From assembly GCA_963665815.1 (NCBI GenBank), contig OY762463.1, forward strand, positions 2,976,001 to 3,040,000: a stretch of DNA of 64,000 bases. Reading direction: 5' to 3'. Under the pieces are notes generated by a model. The model was not told where the DNA came from and ran no database searches. It worked only from the letters and a program-made list of their open reading frames with translations. The translations under genes were made by a program, and so were the position numbers. This DNA comes from Candidatus Cloacimonadales bacterium (GTDB lineage Bacteria; Cloacimonadota; Cloacimonadia; Cloacimonadales; JAIOQZ01). Positions 19,749-29,574 of this stretch are shown one piece after another. The first letter of the stretch is position 1, and every line of letters starts with the position of its first letter.

Positions 19749-20941
19749 TACTTTACCTCCGATATTGTTTTACGTAAGACATTTGGGAATATACTGTAAA
19801 CTTGTACAGTTTTAATTAAGTCATCTATATAAATGTATTCTTTTGTGGAATGAGAAAGCTCTTCCAGCCCGGGAGCAAAACCTATTGACGGAATGTTAAA
19901 TCTTCCCATTGTAGCAACTCCGTTTGTGGAGAAATGCCATCTGCTGACTTTCCGATTTTCGTCCAGGAAAGTATCTGCAGCAGCCTTTCCTGCTCTAACA
20001 AGTTCATGATTCTCCGGAAGTACCCAGGTGGGGAAGACCTTCTCCTGTACTGCGTTCGCACCTTTCCAGCTTATTGCGTTGTATTCCGGAATTATGATCT
20101 CAGCATCAGTAATCTCCTTAAGCTCAGCGAGAACGCTTTCTTTTGTCTCTCCGGCTGTCATGCGTCTGTCAAGATAGATTTCGCAACTGTCTGCAACAGA
20201 GCAAAGGGATGGGCTTGTAGAACTGATTTTTGAGATCGTGATAGAACCTTTTCCAAGGAAATCATCGTGCTTCAAACGTTTATTGAGTTTTTCGATTTCC
20301 TGAATAATCGGTGCCATTTTATATACGGCGTTATCTCCGAGATGCTCATGTGCTCCGTGTGAAGATTCACCCTTTGTTCTGATGATAATCTCCATACGTC
20401 CACGGTGACCACGGTATACGTTAAGGTCTGTAGGTTCTCCGAGAACAACATAGTCCGGTCTGATTCCTTCGTTTTCAATCAGGTGAATAAGCGGATAGCC
20501 GTCACAATCTTCTTCCATTACGGAACCCACTACAACAAGTCTGAAGTCATTAAGCAGATCAAGTTCTCTCATGATTTTACCTGCGTAAACCATGCAGGCT
20601 ATGGCTGGCTTTTCATCAACAGAACCTCTGCCGTGGATTTTTCCGTCTTTTACATAAGGATCGAATGGCGGATGATCCCAGCTTTCAGGGTCACCAACAC
20701 CAACAACATCTATGTGAGCATCATAAAGTATTGTTTTATCGCCGGATCCTATTATACCGACGGCATTTCCAAGCTTATCCGAATAGACTTCATCAAAACC
20801 GCATATCTTCATTTCTTCAAGTATTCTTTTTACTACTGTCTCTTCCTGACAGCTTTCTGAAGGAATTGCTATTATATCTCTGAGAAACTTTACAATATCA
20901 TCTTTGTAGTTCTCAGACTGAACAAGTATTTCCTTTTTCAT
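19748..20941 (-). CDS. M20-family metallohydrolase, YgeY-like
   Basis: DAHID, GRGSVDEK, MEEDCDG, EPT, GHRGRMEI, G.SSHG and FSTNGV motifs. Confidence 0.85.
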   Translation of the reverse strand: MKKEILVQSENYKDDIVKFLRDIIAIPSESCQEETVVKRILEEMKICGFDEVYSDKLGNAVGIIGSGDKTILYDAHIDVVGVGDPESWDHPPFDPYVKDGKIHGRGSVDEKPAIACMVYAGKIMRELDLLNDFRLVVVGSVMEEDCDGYPLIHLIENEGIRPDYVVLGEPTDLNVYRGHRGRMEIIIRTKGESSHGAHEHLGDNAVYKMAPIIQEIEKLNKRLKHDDFLGKGSITISKISSTSPSLCSVADSCEIYLDRRMTAGETKESVLAELKEITDAEIIIPEYNAISWKGANAVQEKVFPTWVLPENHELVRAGKAAADTFLDENRKVSRWHFSTNGVATMGRFNIPSIGFAPGLEELSHSTKEYIYIDDLIKTVQVYSIFPNVLRKTISEVK

Positions 20942-21066
20942 GACCGATTTCCTCCATTTAATATTTTATTATTCATAATTTTATAATTATTGCTACAAGA
21001 AAATGGTTGTCAAGATTTTCACAAATAATATATTCAACATATAAACACAAGTATAAGGGAGAAAAG

Positions 21067-21585
21067 ATGTTCAAAAATTTAGTAGAAAAAAGATGTTCAA
21101 CAAGAAAATACAGTCAAAAACCAGTCACAAGGGAAACACTGGAAAAATTGTTTGAAACAGCCAGATTAGCACCATCTGCTAAAAATCTGCAGCCACTCAG
21201 CTTTTCAGTTTTCACAGATAAAGACAAAATTGCCAGAATAGCTGAGACAACTGTTCAGAGCTGGATTAAAGATTCACCTGTTCTTGTAACCATTTCCATT
21301 GATCATGTTAAAGCATGGAGACGTCCGGATGGTAAAGGGCATGGGGATATCGATGCCGCTGTTGCTGTAGATCACCTTTCTCTCGCTGCAACAGAGCTTG
21401 GACTGGGAACATGCTGGATATGCTGGTTTGACGCTTTTAAACTCCATGGAATACTCGGTCTGGAAAACCATCAGGAAGCCGTAATTCTTATGGCAATGGG
21501 TTATCCACAAAATGAATGTTCAGAACGTCATCTCAGAAGAAAACCAATTGATGAACTGGTCGAGTATAATCCTGAGATTAAGTAG
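21067..21585 (+). CDS. Nitroreductase family protein
   Basis: RCSTRKY, APSAKNLQP and LGLGTCWI motifs; ATG 21067 after GGGAG. Confidence 0.92.
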   Translation: MFKNLVEKRCSTRKYSQKPVTRETLEKLFETARLAPSAKNLQPLSFSVFTDKDKIARIAETTVQSWIKDSPVLVTISIDHVKAWRRPDGKGHGDIDAAVAVDHLSLAATELGLGTCWICWFDAFKLHGILGLENHQEAVILMAMGYPQNECSERHLRRKPIDELVEYNPEIK

Positions 21586-21644
21586 AATTTCAGAAATACT
21601 TTTTTCATAAACCCAAAATTGGGAAGTGTTGATGTATCTCTAAC

Positions 21645-21671
21645 AGGGAAATGTCGAGTATGCGAGACAAA
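21645..21671. repeat. Dispersed 27-bp intergenic repeat; second copy inverted at 40601-40627
   Basis: AGGGAAATGTCGAGTATGCGAGACAAA versus reverse complement of 40601-40627, AGGGAAATATCGAGTTTACGAGACAAA (24/27). Confidence 0.65.
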
Positions 21672-21765
21672 GGGTCTGTTGATAGAATCTTCGTTTTCAA
21701 TTTTTTGTGGGAAAAATATTAATGTAGATAATTTTCTGAAAAATCAGTGATGTAAGATGATTTCA

Positions 21766-23097
21766 TCAAAACACACTCTCAATGATTCTTATAGCATTAT
21801 TAACAAAATCACTGCTGTTTTTCTCAAGCAGATAGTTTAAATATAAAGGCTTCAGGTATTTCAGACTGTTCAGAAACTTGAAGTCTTTTATTTTGTTTAC
21901 AATAAGGTGTTTTAATATCTGTAATTCTCTTTCAGTCGAAAATGCAAGATTTCTATAATTTTCTGTTGATTTGTCTATATTCAACTTATCGTTGATGATA
22001 CAGTTTAACAATTCAGCTTTAGCAATGTATCTGTATACTTCTCTCATGAGAGAAGTTTCATCCGGTTCTGCCTGCTTGTATGCTTTAAGGAGTTGTCCTG
22101 CAGAATCAGAGGTAGAATAATACCAGTTATCAGTTTCCGTATCCTGTATGAATTCAATGATCTTTATAGCAGAAGTGAAAGCTCTGCATTTTAGTTCAAA
22201 AGGACAGCCGTCCTGTTCCTTGCAAGGGTAGCAGTCATAAATATTGCTGTCAGGGAATGTGACAACAGCAGAATCGGAGAGTGTCTCGTGGGGGAAAGCC
22301 GGACCAAGAAACAGGGCAATTGTAGGTACTTCAAAAAATGCTCCTATATGCATTGTGCCGGTATCTCCGGAGATAAGCAGATCAGAATTCTCAATAAGGT
22401 TGAATAATGCTGGAACAGATGTTTTTCCGGTCATATCTATAATGTTAAACTTTACGGAACTGGTTTTAAGCAGTTCACAACTCATTTCCTTTTCTGCAGC
22501 AGTTCCGGTCAAAAATACTTTAGCTCCTTGTTTCACGAACCAGTCGGTCAAAACAGCGTACTCCGCAATGCTCCACTGACGTTTTATATTTCGTGTTCCC
22601 AACTGAATTACAACTTTTTCAGGGGAAGCAGGGATTTTGATCTCACCAAGTTTTACAGGATGATAATCCTTGTTAACCCAACCGTAGATGTCCATCAGAT
22701 TAAATCCTGACAGTTTTCGCGATTTCAGGAAACTCATGATAAATCGAAGCCAGTTCTCCGAATATTCATCACCGGAGTTAAATCCAATGCATGCTGAAGC
22801 ATTCAATTCAGGCAGTATATTGCTGATAAAATCATGACTGTTCAGGTTAACAACAAGGTCATACTTCTCTGCTCTTAATGTAGAAAGTATTTCAGCTCTT
22901 TCAGTGGAATTATCTGTTTGAAGTTGATCAAGGTTCACCGGGATCAGTCTGGTTAAGTCCATCTGCTCTGCAAATTCAGTGAAAATGCTGTTGTGCAACA
23001 AATGTACTTCATGTGACGCGTATGAGCTAATCAGCTTCCGAGACTGAAGAATATCTCCTATTTTTGCCAGTTGAATTATCAGAATTTTCATTATCAT
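21766..23097 (-). CDS. Glycosyltransferase family 9 (heptosyltransferase-like)
   Basis: ILIIQLAKIGDIL, DMTGKTS, ISGDTGTMHI and ALFLG motifs. Confidence 0.88.
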   Translation of the reverse strand: MIMKILIIQLAKIGDILQSRKLISSYASHEVHLLHNSIFTEFAEQMDLTRLIPVNLDQLQTDNSTERAEILSTLRAEKYDLVVNLNSHDFISNILPELNASACIGFNSGDEYSENWLRFIMSFLKSRKLSGFNLMDIYGWVNKDYHPVKLGEIKIPASPEKVVIQLGTRNIKRQWSIAEYAVLTDWFVKQGAKVFLTGTAAEKEMSCELLKTSSVKFNIIDMTGKTSVPALFNLIENSDLLISGDTGTMHIGAFFEVPTIALFLGPAFPHETLSDSAVVTFPDSNIYDCYPCKEQDGCPFELKCRAFTSAIKIIEFIQDTETDNWYYSTSDSAGQLLKAYKQAEPDETSLMREVYRYIAKAELLNCIINDKLNIDKSTENYRNLAFSTERELQILKHLIVNKIKDFKFLNSLKYLKPLYLNYLLEKNSSDFVNNAIRIIESVF

Positions 23098-23104
23098 CCT
23101 TCCT

Positions 23105-23289
23105 GAGACCTTTGCATAATTGGTGTAGTTGATTCGATTTTAGAATTCAAAAATCTCAATTAGGATAGTTGACTCAATTTTCGAAATCAAAAATATCAAT
23201 TAGGATAGTTGACTCAATTTTCGAAATCAAAAATCTCATCGAAATTCTTTTTCCAGAGCTACTTAATATTGCTATTATGCAAATATCTC
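23105..23289. mobile_element. MITE copy 1 (IS5/IS1106-like ends) with internal 40-bp tandem triplication
   Basis: TIRs GAGACCTTTGCATAAT / ATTATGCAAATATCTC (14/16); flanks TTCCT / TTCTT; 40-bp units start at 23126, 23166 and 23206. Confidence 0.8.
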
Positions 23290-25616
23290 TTCTTTTTATC
23301 AGATATGAATGTTTCAAAGCAGAGACTGTCTTCATGGACATTTATCTGCATGAAACCGTCTTGTGATCCACTGAAGTATTTAATTCCTTCCTGTTGCAGA
23401 TTGTACAGAACTTTTTTTGAGGGAAAGCCGAATCTGTTGCGGAAGCCATCAGGGATATAGGCAAACTCAGGATTAACTTTTTGCAAAAATTCAGGAGTAC
23501 TTGATGTACCTGATCCATGATGAGGTACTTTCAAAAAGTCAGATTGAATTGCATCTCCATATTTTGCTGAGAGAATGTCTTCTGCTTCTTTCTCAATATC
23601 GCCGGTAAAAAGGAAATTCCATCTTTTTAATGAAAGCAAGCAGGTAATAGACATGTTATTCTCGTTTTCATCGCAATATCCTGCTGATGGGTGCAAAATT
23701 TTTATGATAGCATCTCCATATCTAAAACTACAGGTATCCTTAACAATAATTGTTTGAGGTAACTCAGAATTCGGAAACTCTTCTTTTATTGTGTTAATAA
23801 CACTTTGGGTTGTAATAAGTGTATCAATGTTACAGTTCTCTGTCAGCTTTTCAAATCCACCATAATGATCGTCATGGGCATGAGTGATAATCAAATGGTT
23901 TATATGCTTAATTCCATAGTGCTTCATATATGGGAAAACATTATAAGCTATGTTACCGGAGAAGTCTTTTCGTCCGGTATCAATCATGATGTTACTGCCA
24001 TTCTCCAGCTCAATCAGGCAGGCATCACCTGAGCCTACATCAAAAAAAGATATTCTGTCAAAATCTGAGTTTACTGATTGCTCCTTGACGATGTACACGG
24101 AGAAAAACACTATAGGGATAAAACTGATAAGAAATGTCCGGACAGCTTTAATGTTATTTCTGTTTCTGAAGATAAACAGCAAAGTGAAGCATACAGCTGA
24201 TAATAAGAGAACTGTAAAAAGTATTGGTGAAAATCTGAGAAAATTCAGGTTGAATGGTAACTCAGAGAAAAGTTGAGTGAGTTTAGTGAAGATACTCATT
24301 AAGATGTCGAATCCCGGACTGAGGAATTCGCTGATAGAAGTGGGAGAGATTAGCATCAACATGGCATAAGGAAGGATAATTGCTGAAAACAGTGGTATGG
24401 AAACAAGGTTTGCCAGAAGCCCATTGAAATTAACCGAAGAAAAGTGATAATAAGTGATAGGGAAATGAAAGGCCATTATTACCATTGAAGAAAGTATCAG
24501 TGATATAATTACTGCAATGATTTTCTTGTGTTGTTTCTGCTTGTACAGCCTGGAAAGACCAATATTCTTAACAATTACCGGGAGGATGAATATTAAAGCA
24601 AAAACTGCTGTTATCGAAAACTGAAATCCAATCATGAACAGTTCATAAGGATTGATTATCAGAATCAGCAGTACTGCAGAATAGAATATGTCCTGCACAC
24701 TAACTTTTCTAACTAATACTTTGCTGACAAGAAACAGTGAAATCATGAGGAATGCTCTTGTTACAGACGGACTCCAACCGCAAATTGAAGCATAGACAAG
24801 AAGTAGAAATATTACAATTATGTTAATCTGCTTTCTGTTTCTTACAAAGAGAGCTAATAATGAAGAAAAGATCACTGCAATTAATCCAAGATGTAATCCA
24901 CTCATTGCCAGTAAATGATTTGTACCTGCTTCAGTATATTCGTCATAGTTTTCTATCCCCGATTTATCTCCGAGCAAAATAGCCATTACAAAGTTAGAGT
25001 GATCTCCAAAACTATTTCTGATTTTGCTTTGTATGGAAGTATGAATTTTGTGTATGAGGAAATTGTAATTGTATTTATGATATAGAATTCTATCCAGTTT
25101 TGCACTTCTTATCTGAAGGAGTATCCCCTTGTTTCTGTAGTGAAGTTTTCTATTGAAGGCATATGGATTTCGTGCTGAGGGTATTTCCGATAACTCACCC
25201 TGAATGCTTACAAATTGTCCCGGAATTAGTTTGTCCGTAAGATATACAATTGCGTTTATATTCGCTTTGGTATATTCAATGGATTTGACTTCGATGTCAT
25301 ATTTACTGTATCCTCCTGAATAATCTGTTCTTTTAACTATTTCAGCAGTTATCAGGTGTTTATCAGGAAAACTGCTGATAAATCTTTCTGCTTTAAGTTC
25401 ATCAGATTCCCGGAGCAGTAAACTTAGCACAGAAATGCAGATTACAGAAAGGATTATCAGTTTATCTTTGTACTGTAATTTTGCAAAAAGGATAAATCCT
25501 GTTATTATCGGAATACTGACAAAGTAATAATGTCTGAATATGAATAACAGAATACCTGCGATCCATAGGCAGCATAATAAGCTTGATTTACTGAGTTTGA
25601 TTTTTTCCTTCACCAT
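23259..25616 (-). CDS. comEC: DNA internalization competence protein ComEC/Rec2
   Basis: ARNPYAFN, HLLAMSGLH, PSVTRA and GFQFS; MBL domain DVGSGD, THAHDDHYGG, TGDIE, KVPHHGS. Confidence 0.95.
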   Translation of the reverse strand: MVKEKIKLSKSSLLCCLWIAGILLFIFRHYYFVSIPIITGFILFAKLQYKDKLIILSVICISVLSLLLRESDELKAERFISSFPDKHLITAEIVKRTDYSGGYSKYDIEVKSIEYTKANINAIVYLTDKLIPGQFVSIQGELSEIPSARNPYAFNRKLHYRNKGILLQIRSAKLDRILYHKYNYNFLIHKIHTSIQSKIRNSFGDHSNFVMAILLGDKSGIENYDEYTEAGTNHLLAMSGLHLGLIAVIFSSLLALFVRNRKQINIIVIFLLLVYASICGWSPSVTRAFLMISLFLVSKVLVRKVSVQDIFYSAVLLILIINPYELFMIGFQFSITAVFALIFILPVIVKNIGLSRLYKQKQHKKIIAVIISLILSSMVIMAFHFPITYYHFSSVNFNGLLANLVSIPLFSAIILPYAMLMLISPTSISEFLSPGFDILMSIFTKLTQLFSELPFNLNFLRFSPILFTVLLLSAVCFTLLFIFRNRNNIKAVRTFLISFIPIVFFSVYIVKEQSVNSDFDRISFFDVGSGDACLIELENGSNIMIDTGRKDFSGNIAYNVFPYMKHYGIKHINHLIITHAHDDHYGGFEKLTENCNIDTLITTQSVINTIKEEFPNSELPQTIIVKDTCSFRYGDAIIKILHPSAGYCDENENNMSITCLLSLKRWNFLFTGDIEKEAEDILSAKYGDAIQSDFLKVPHHGSGTSSTPEFLQKVNPEFAYIPDGFRNRFGFPSKKVLYNLQQEGIKYFSGSQDGFMQINVHEDSLCFETFISDKKKRYLHNSNIK

Positions 25617-25651
25617 ACTAAACCCGAAGCAATTTGATTATGGTCATATCA

Positions 25652-25809
25652 GGGATCTTTGCATAAATGGGGTAGTTGACTGAATTTTAGAATTCAACAA
25701 ATTCTAACTCAAAATAAGTTTCTCCACTAAGTTTCCTTGATGAATCCAAAAAATATCATCGATATTTTTTACCCATTTCTGCTTGATTCTACTAATATGC
25801 AAATCTATC
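25652..25809. mobile_element. MITE copy 2
   Basis: GGGATCTTTGCATA...TATGCAAATCTATC; shared core TAGTTGACTnnATTTTAGAATTCAA; flanks TATCA / TATTA. Confidence 0.75.
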
Positions 25810-25852
25810 TATTATTTGTCAATAGTGATATTCATTCATGCAGAAGTCAGAT

Positions 25853-25885
25853 AAAAAAAGCAGACTGCCTTGATCGGCAATCTGC
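25853..25885 (-). terminator. Intrinsic terminator after the 72-aa gene
   Basis: GCAGACTGCC...GGCAATCTGC stem with a T7 tract on the minus strand. Confidence 0.75.
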
Positions 25886-25904
25886 TGGAACTGTGATGAT
25901 AATG

Positions 25905-26123
25905 CTACTCTACTTCTTCTACAACATACAGCTCATCATCATACTCAAAGATTACGCAATCAATCCCATAGAATTCGATTTTTGCACCTTCCGGAATCGG
26001 TTCAGTCCACAGAGTGCATTCTTTGAGTGCTTCTTCAAATGTGATGCCATTGTAAAGTTCTGCTGCAAGATTGATTGTTGCAAGGATAATTAGTACAAAT
26101 GCCAGAATTGTTTTCGTCTTCAT
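25905..26123 (-). CDS. Small secreted acidic hypothetical protein (72 aa)
   Basis: AAGGAG RBS; signal peptide MKTKTILAFVLIILATINLAA; own terminator. Confidence 0.75.
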   Translation of the reverse strand: MKTKTILAFVLIILATINLAAELYNGITFEEALKECTLWTEPIPEGAKIEFYGIDCVIFEYDDELYVVEEVE

Positions 26124-26212
26124 TGTTTACTCCTTAATCAGATTTACTAATAGGAGTCAGTGAATCAGAATTCCGTATCTAAAATGTATGTAACATTCTG
26201 AAAAACAGCTAA

Positions 26213-27148
26213 TTAAAACTCGTTACATGAAACTTGTAATCTTCCGTTTATGCAGGCAGCACTCCGTACTTTTTTCTTTGCTTTCTCATTTAGTTTTTTT
26301 ACATTATTGATGCCGTAGGATTGGATTTTTATGAAGTTTTTCTTGTCGATTCTGAATTGTATAAAGATTACCTTCAGATATTCCAAAGTTTTTACAAAAA
26401 CATATAACTGATATTTTTTCCCGGGTTTTAATACAATTGCCCAGTCCAGTATCCTATCAATCTTTAATTCTTCTATGATTCGCAAGTCAACATCAGCTCC
26501 ATAATGTTTCATTATGCTGAAGTCACCTGCTTGTAGATTCTTACAGAAAGTTTTCATCATATTTGTAATGTTAATGTATTGCCGATATTGCAGTATTGAC
26601 TTGCCGACATTCTGGTGCCTTAGTCTCTTAATGTTGGCCTTTAAATTGCGTTTCATAATATTTATTTTCTTATCTACAGTATGATAATTAATATTCATTT
26701 TACTGGCAATACTTTTAATGGAGTTGGGAGATTTCTGCCATGTTCTGAATAGTTTTTTCTCATTCTTTTTAAGCATGGATACAGCTTTTTTGTGCAGCTC
26801 AATATCCTTTTCTCTATTACTGATGTATCTCAGACTACTTCCTGAGGAATGGTATGAATACTTTTCTTCTTCGAACTCTTTGATAGATTTCTGATTCAGG
26901 ATAAATCTTCCTGATAATCCTGAGTCGATACTTACAAGTCTTCGCTTTTTCCTGATATAGGCAATTGACTCATTCTTAACAACGGTGAATAGCCAGCTTT
27001 CTATACATTCAACAGAATCTATTCTCTTAATAAGCTTTAACAAAGAATTATGTACAATATCTTCAGCAGTATTATGCTCTTTCACAATTGAAAGTGCTTT
27101 GTAGAAAGCTTGTTTTCGTAAGTAGTTAAATCTTTGTTCTTCAATCAT
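26213..27148 (-). CDS. ECF-type sigma-70 factor with long C-terminal extension
   Basis: Region 2 motif AEDIVH...SWLFTVVKN; region-4-like SIKSIASKMNINYHTV; about 130 extra C-terminal residues. ATG 27148 after AGGGGG. Confidence 0.8.
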   Translation of the reverse strand: MIEEQRFNYLRKQAFYKALSIVKEHNTAEDIVHNSLLKLIKRIDSVECIESWLFTVVKNESIAYIRKKRRLVSIDSGLSGRFILNQKSIKEFEEEKYSYHSSGSSLRYISNREKDIELHKKAVSMLKKNEKKLFRTWQKSPNSIKSIASKMNINYHTVDKKINIMKRNLKANIKRLRHQNVGKSILQYRQYINITNMMKTFCKNLQAGDFSIMKHYGADVDLRIIEELKIDRILDWAIVLKPGKKYQLYVFVKTLEYLKVIFIQFRIDKKNFIKIQSYGINNVKKLNEKAKKKVRSAACINGRLQVSCNEF

Positions 27149-27172
27149 TATATACCCCCTTATATTCATGAA

Positions 27173-27323
27173 GAGATCTTTTAATAATTGGAGTAGTTGA
27201 CTCGATTTTAGAATTCAACAAATTCTGACTCAATATAAGCATCTCTAAGTGAATCTCATTGAATCCTAAAATCTCACCGATTTTTACCAACTCTGCTTGA
27301 TTCTGCTATGATGCATAGCTCTC
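27173..27323. mobile_element. MITE copy 3
   Basis: GAGATCTTTTAATAAT...ATGATGCATAGCTCTC; aligns with copy 2 along its length; perfect 5-bp flanking repeat ATGAA / ATGAA. Confidence 0.8.
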
Positions 27324-27594
27324 ATGAAGTTATGATTTAGTGTCCAAATTTCTTGAGTCAGCAAACTCTTATGGGTATAGGAAGCATTATGGTTACTCTT
27401 AAGACAAGTAAATAATTGAGATCTTTGCAAGTTGGATTAAGATGATTAGTTTTGGTGTCAAAACATCTTTTTGCTACGAAATTTTCCTGAAAATTTCTGT
27501 TAATATATTGTATTAGCTTGTGTAAAAAACTTGTATTCGAGGGTTACTATGTATCCGTATTTTTCAGCAACAGGAAATGCAAAACTGCATAGAC

Positions 27595-27625
27595 AAAAAA
27601 AAGGCTGTATCAACAGCCTGTTTTT
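27595..27625 (-). terminator. Intrinsic terminator (possibly bidirectional)
   Basis: A-tract, AGGCTGT-ATCA-ACAGCCT, then GTTTTT, 20 nt after the 27646 stop. Confidence 0.8.
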
Positions 27626-27645
27626 ATAGTATCTGGTCGAATGAA

Positions 27646-29283
27646 TTATTTCATTAAGACCATTTTAGATGTTTTAGTGTATTCAGGAGTCACGAGTTTA
27701 TAGAAATAAACACCTGAACTTACATTATTACCACTCGCATCTTTTCCTTTCCAGATAACACTGTCATTTTCTATAACTTCTCTTTTGTCGAATAGTGTTA
27801 CAACTTTTTGACCCTTGATATTATAAATCACGAGTGAAGCATTAACCGTTTCACCGATCTGACCTTTAAGAGAAAATTCAATCTTAGTTTCGGGATTGAA
27901 TGGGTTTGGATAGTTAGTGGAAAGTTGGGTTGCTTCTACAAATTTTGGAGCTGCTTTGTCAATTGTAATGGATTGTGGTCCGTGGAACCCACCTGTGTTA
28001 TTATCAGCTTGAACTACTTCAATCCAGTAGTAATAAGTTTTATCCAAAGCAACTTCTTCATCGCAATATTGATATTCTTGAGTAACCGATGTGTTGGTTG
28101 CAGCTATAAGTTGATTACTATTTATTGGTGTAGCGTCCGTGATGTCAGTATTTAAGCTGCGGAATAACCTGAATCCAATAAGATCTGCTTCTGATTTAGT
28201 TGACCATGTAATGTTTACAAACTGATTTGCATCAACAGCTACGTTAAATCCTGCAAATTCAACGGGTAGTGATCCATCGCTGCCTGGAGTAGCTATATCC
28301 GGTGTTGTTGGAGAAGTCCATGTTGAAGGATTCAGGTGCAGATAACGTTCGTCGTTATTTACAACAGGTGTTGTATCAATTACTTCACGTGCATCAGGAA
28401 TGTTAAGAGAGTATGAGTAACCATCACCAATTCCTAATTGCAGATCCCCTTGTATGAATACGGTTGTGCTCATATCAAGTGTAATCCCCCATGCTGCTTC
28501 AAAAGTTGCCTGATCAGCTCCGTTAGAGATAATAATTGCACCGTCAGGTTCAACTGTTCCTGAAAGTGATACAGAAATAGCTGTTGTAACTTTTTCAACT
28601 GTTACGTTAGTAAGGTCTACTTCGTCATCTGTTACGTTTTTCACTTCAATAAATGCTGTTGTTCCTACTTGTCCAGCAAGATTATCAGAGATTTCACTGA
28701 AGAAGAGTGAACCGTATATGGGGGCTACTGGAGCTGATCCGCTAAGTACAACATCATGATCTCCATAGAATGTTCCATTAGTAACAGGAGATGCATCGTA
28801 TTGAGTAATAGCGTTTTGAACACCAGTGATGTCCCATCTTAAGTTTGTATTTTGAGCAGCATCTGCAACATCAAACACCAGAACGATACAATCTGTCCAT
28901 GTATTATCAAGGAAATAGCACATAACCGGACTGCTTGCACTGCCATCGTATACACCATTGAGACCACATTTGTAGGATGACATTTGTACAGGTATGAGAG
29001 AATAGACGTCAATTCCAAAAAATTCATGGTCATCAATTGGTCCCATACAATAGGATTCTGAAATGTTATAATTTAGACAAGCATTGTTATATAGTATACG
29101 TAAGTTAAATGAACCAACAGGAATATCTCCTGCATTTGATTTCACTTGTAGTTTTACTTTGTATTTTCCATTTGCTGCATCGTATCCCATGCCATCTGCA
29201 TCGTATACTATGCTATAGTCAATGGAAGCAAAAATTGTGCCTGTTAAAGTCAAAACAAAAACTATCACTAACATTTTTTTCAT
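27646..29283 (-). CDS. Secreted protein with cohesin-like N-domain, lamin-tail-like domain and T9SS-type CTD
   Basis: Signal peptide; LFFSEISD...FIEVKN...VDLT...TPG (LTD-like); LPVEFAGF; NYPNPFNPET...KMVLMK. Confidence 0.82.
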   Translation of the reverse strand: MKKMLVIVFVLTLTGTIFASIDYSIVYDADGMGYDAANGKYKVKLQVKSNAGDIPVGSFNLRILYNNACLNYNISESYCMGPIDDHEFFGIDVYSLIPVQMSSYKCGLNGVYDGSASSPVMCYFLDNTWTDCIVLVFDVADAAQNTNLRWDITGVQNAITQYDASPVTNGTFYGDHDVVLSGSAPVAPIYGSLFFSEISDNLAGQVGTTAFIEVKNVTDDEVDLTNVTVEKVTTAISVSLSGTVEPDGAIIISNGADQATFEAAWGITLDMSTTVFIQGDLQLGIGDGYSYSLNIPDAREVIDTTPVVNNDERYLHLNPSTWTSPTTPDIATPGSDGSLPVEFAGFNVAVDANQFVNITWSTKSEADLIGFRLFRSLNTDITDATPINSNQLIAATNTSVTQEYQYCDEEVALDKTYYYWIEVVQADNNTGGFHGPQSITIDKAAPKFVEATQLSTNYPNPFNPETKIEFSLKGQIGETVNASLVIYNIKGQKVVTLFDKREVIENDSVIWKGKDASGNNVSSGVYFYKLVTPEYTKTSKMVLMK

Positions 29284-29574
29284 ATAATATCCTCCAATAT
29301 AAAATATTTTACATCAAAATACTGTTAACGTTTGCTGTATGTCAAATCTTTTTTGACATAAGAAATATTTTATTAGATGTAAGTAAGAATCAGATAAATC
29401 AACTTAATCTATTAACAAATTGAGAATTAAATGTTACTTTAGTTTCGATGAAGTTGGGAAAGAGAATAAGCCTTTGGTGAATAAAACGAAAAAAACAGCT
29501 TTTCAACACTCTGAAATTAACAAAGAAATAATTGTGTTCCAACATGAAGTAAATAGTAAACGGAATTATTAGAT

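Noticed and set aside
23126-23240. Possible CRISPR array
   Set aside because: Units are contiguous 40-bp tandem copies with no unique spacers, sit inside a MITE, and there are no cas genes in the window.
25737-26093. 118-aa plus-strand ORF (also 23169..23366 and 23209..23460)
   Set aside because: They start inside MITEs and run antisense to better-supported genes.
27418-27540. Fourth complete MITE copy
   Set aside because: The left end GAGATCTTTGCAAGTTGG is present, but there is no matching right TIR or shared core.
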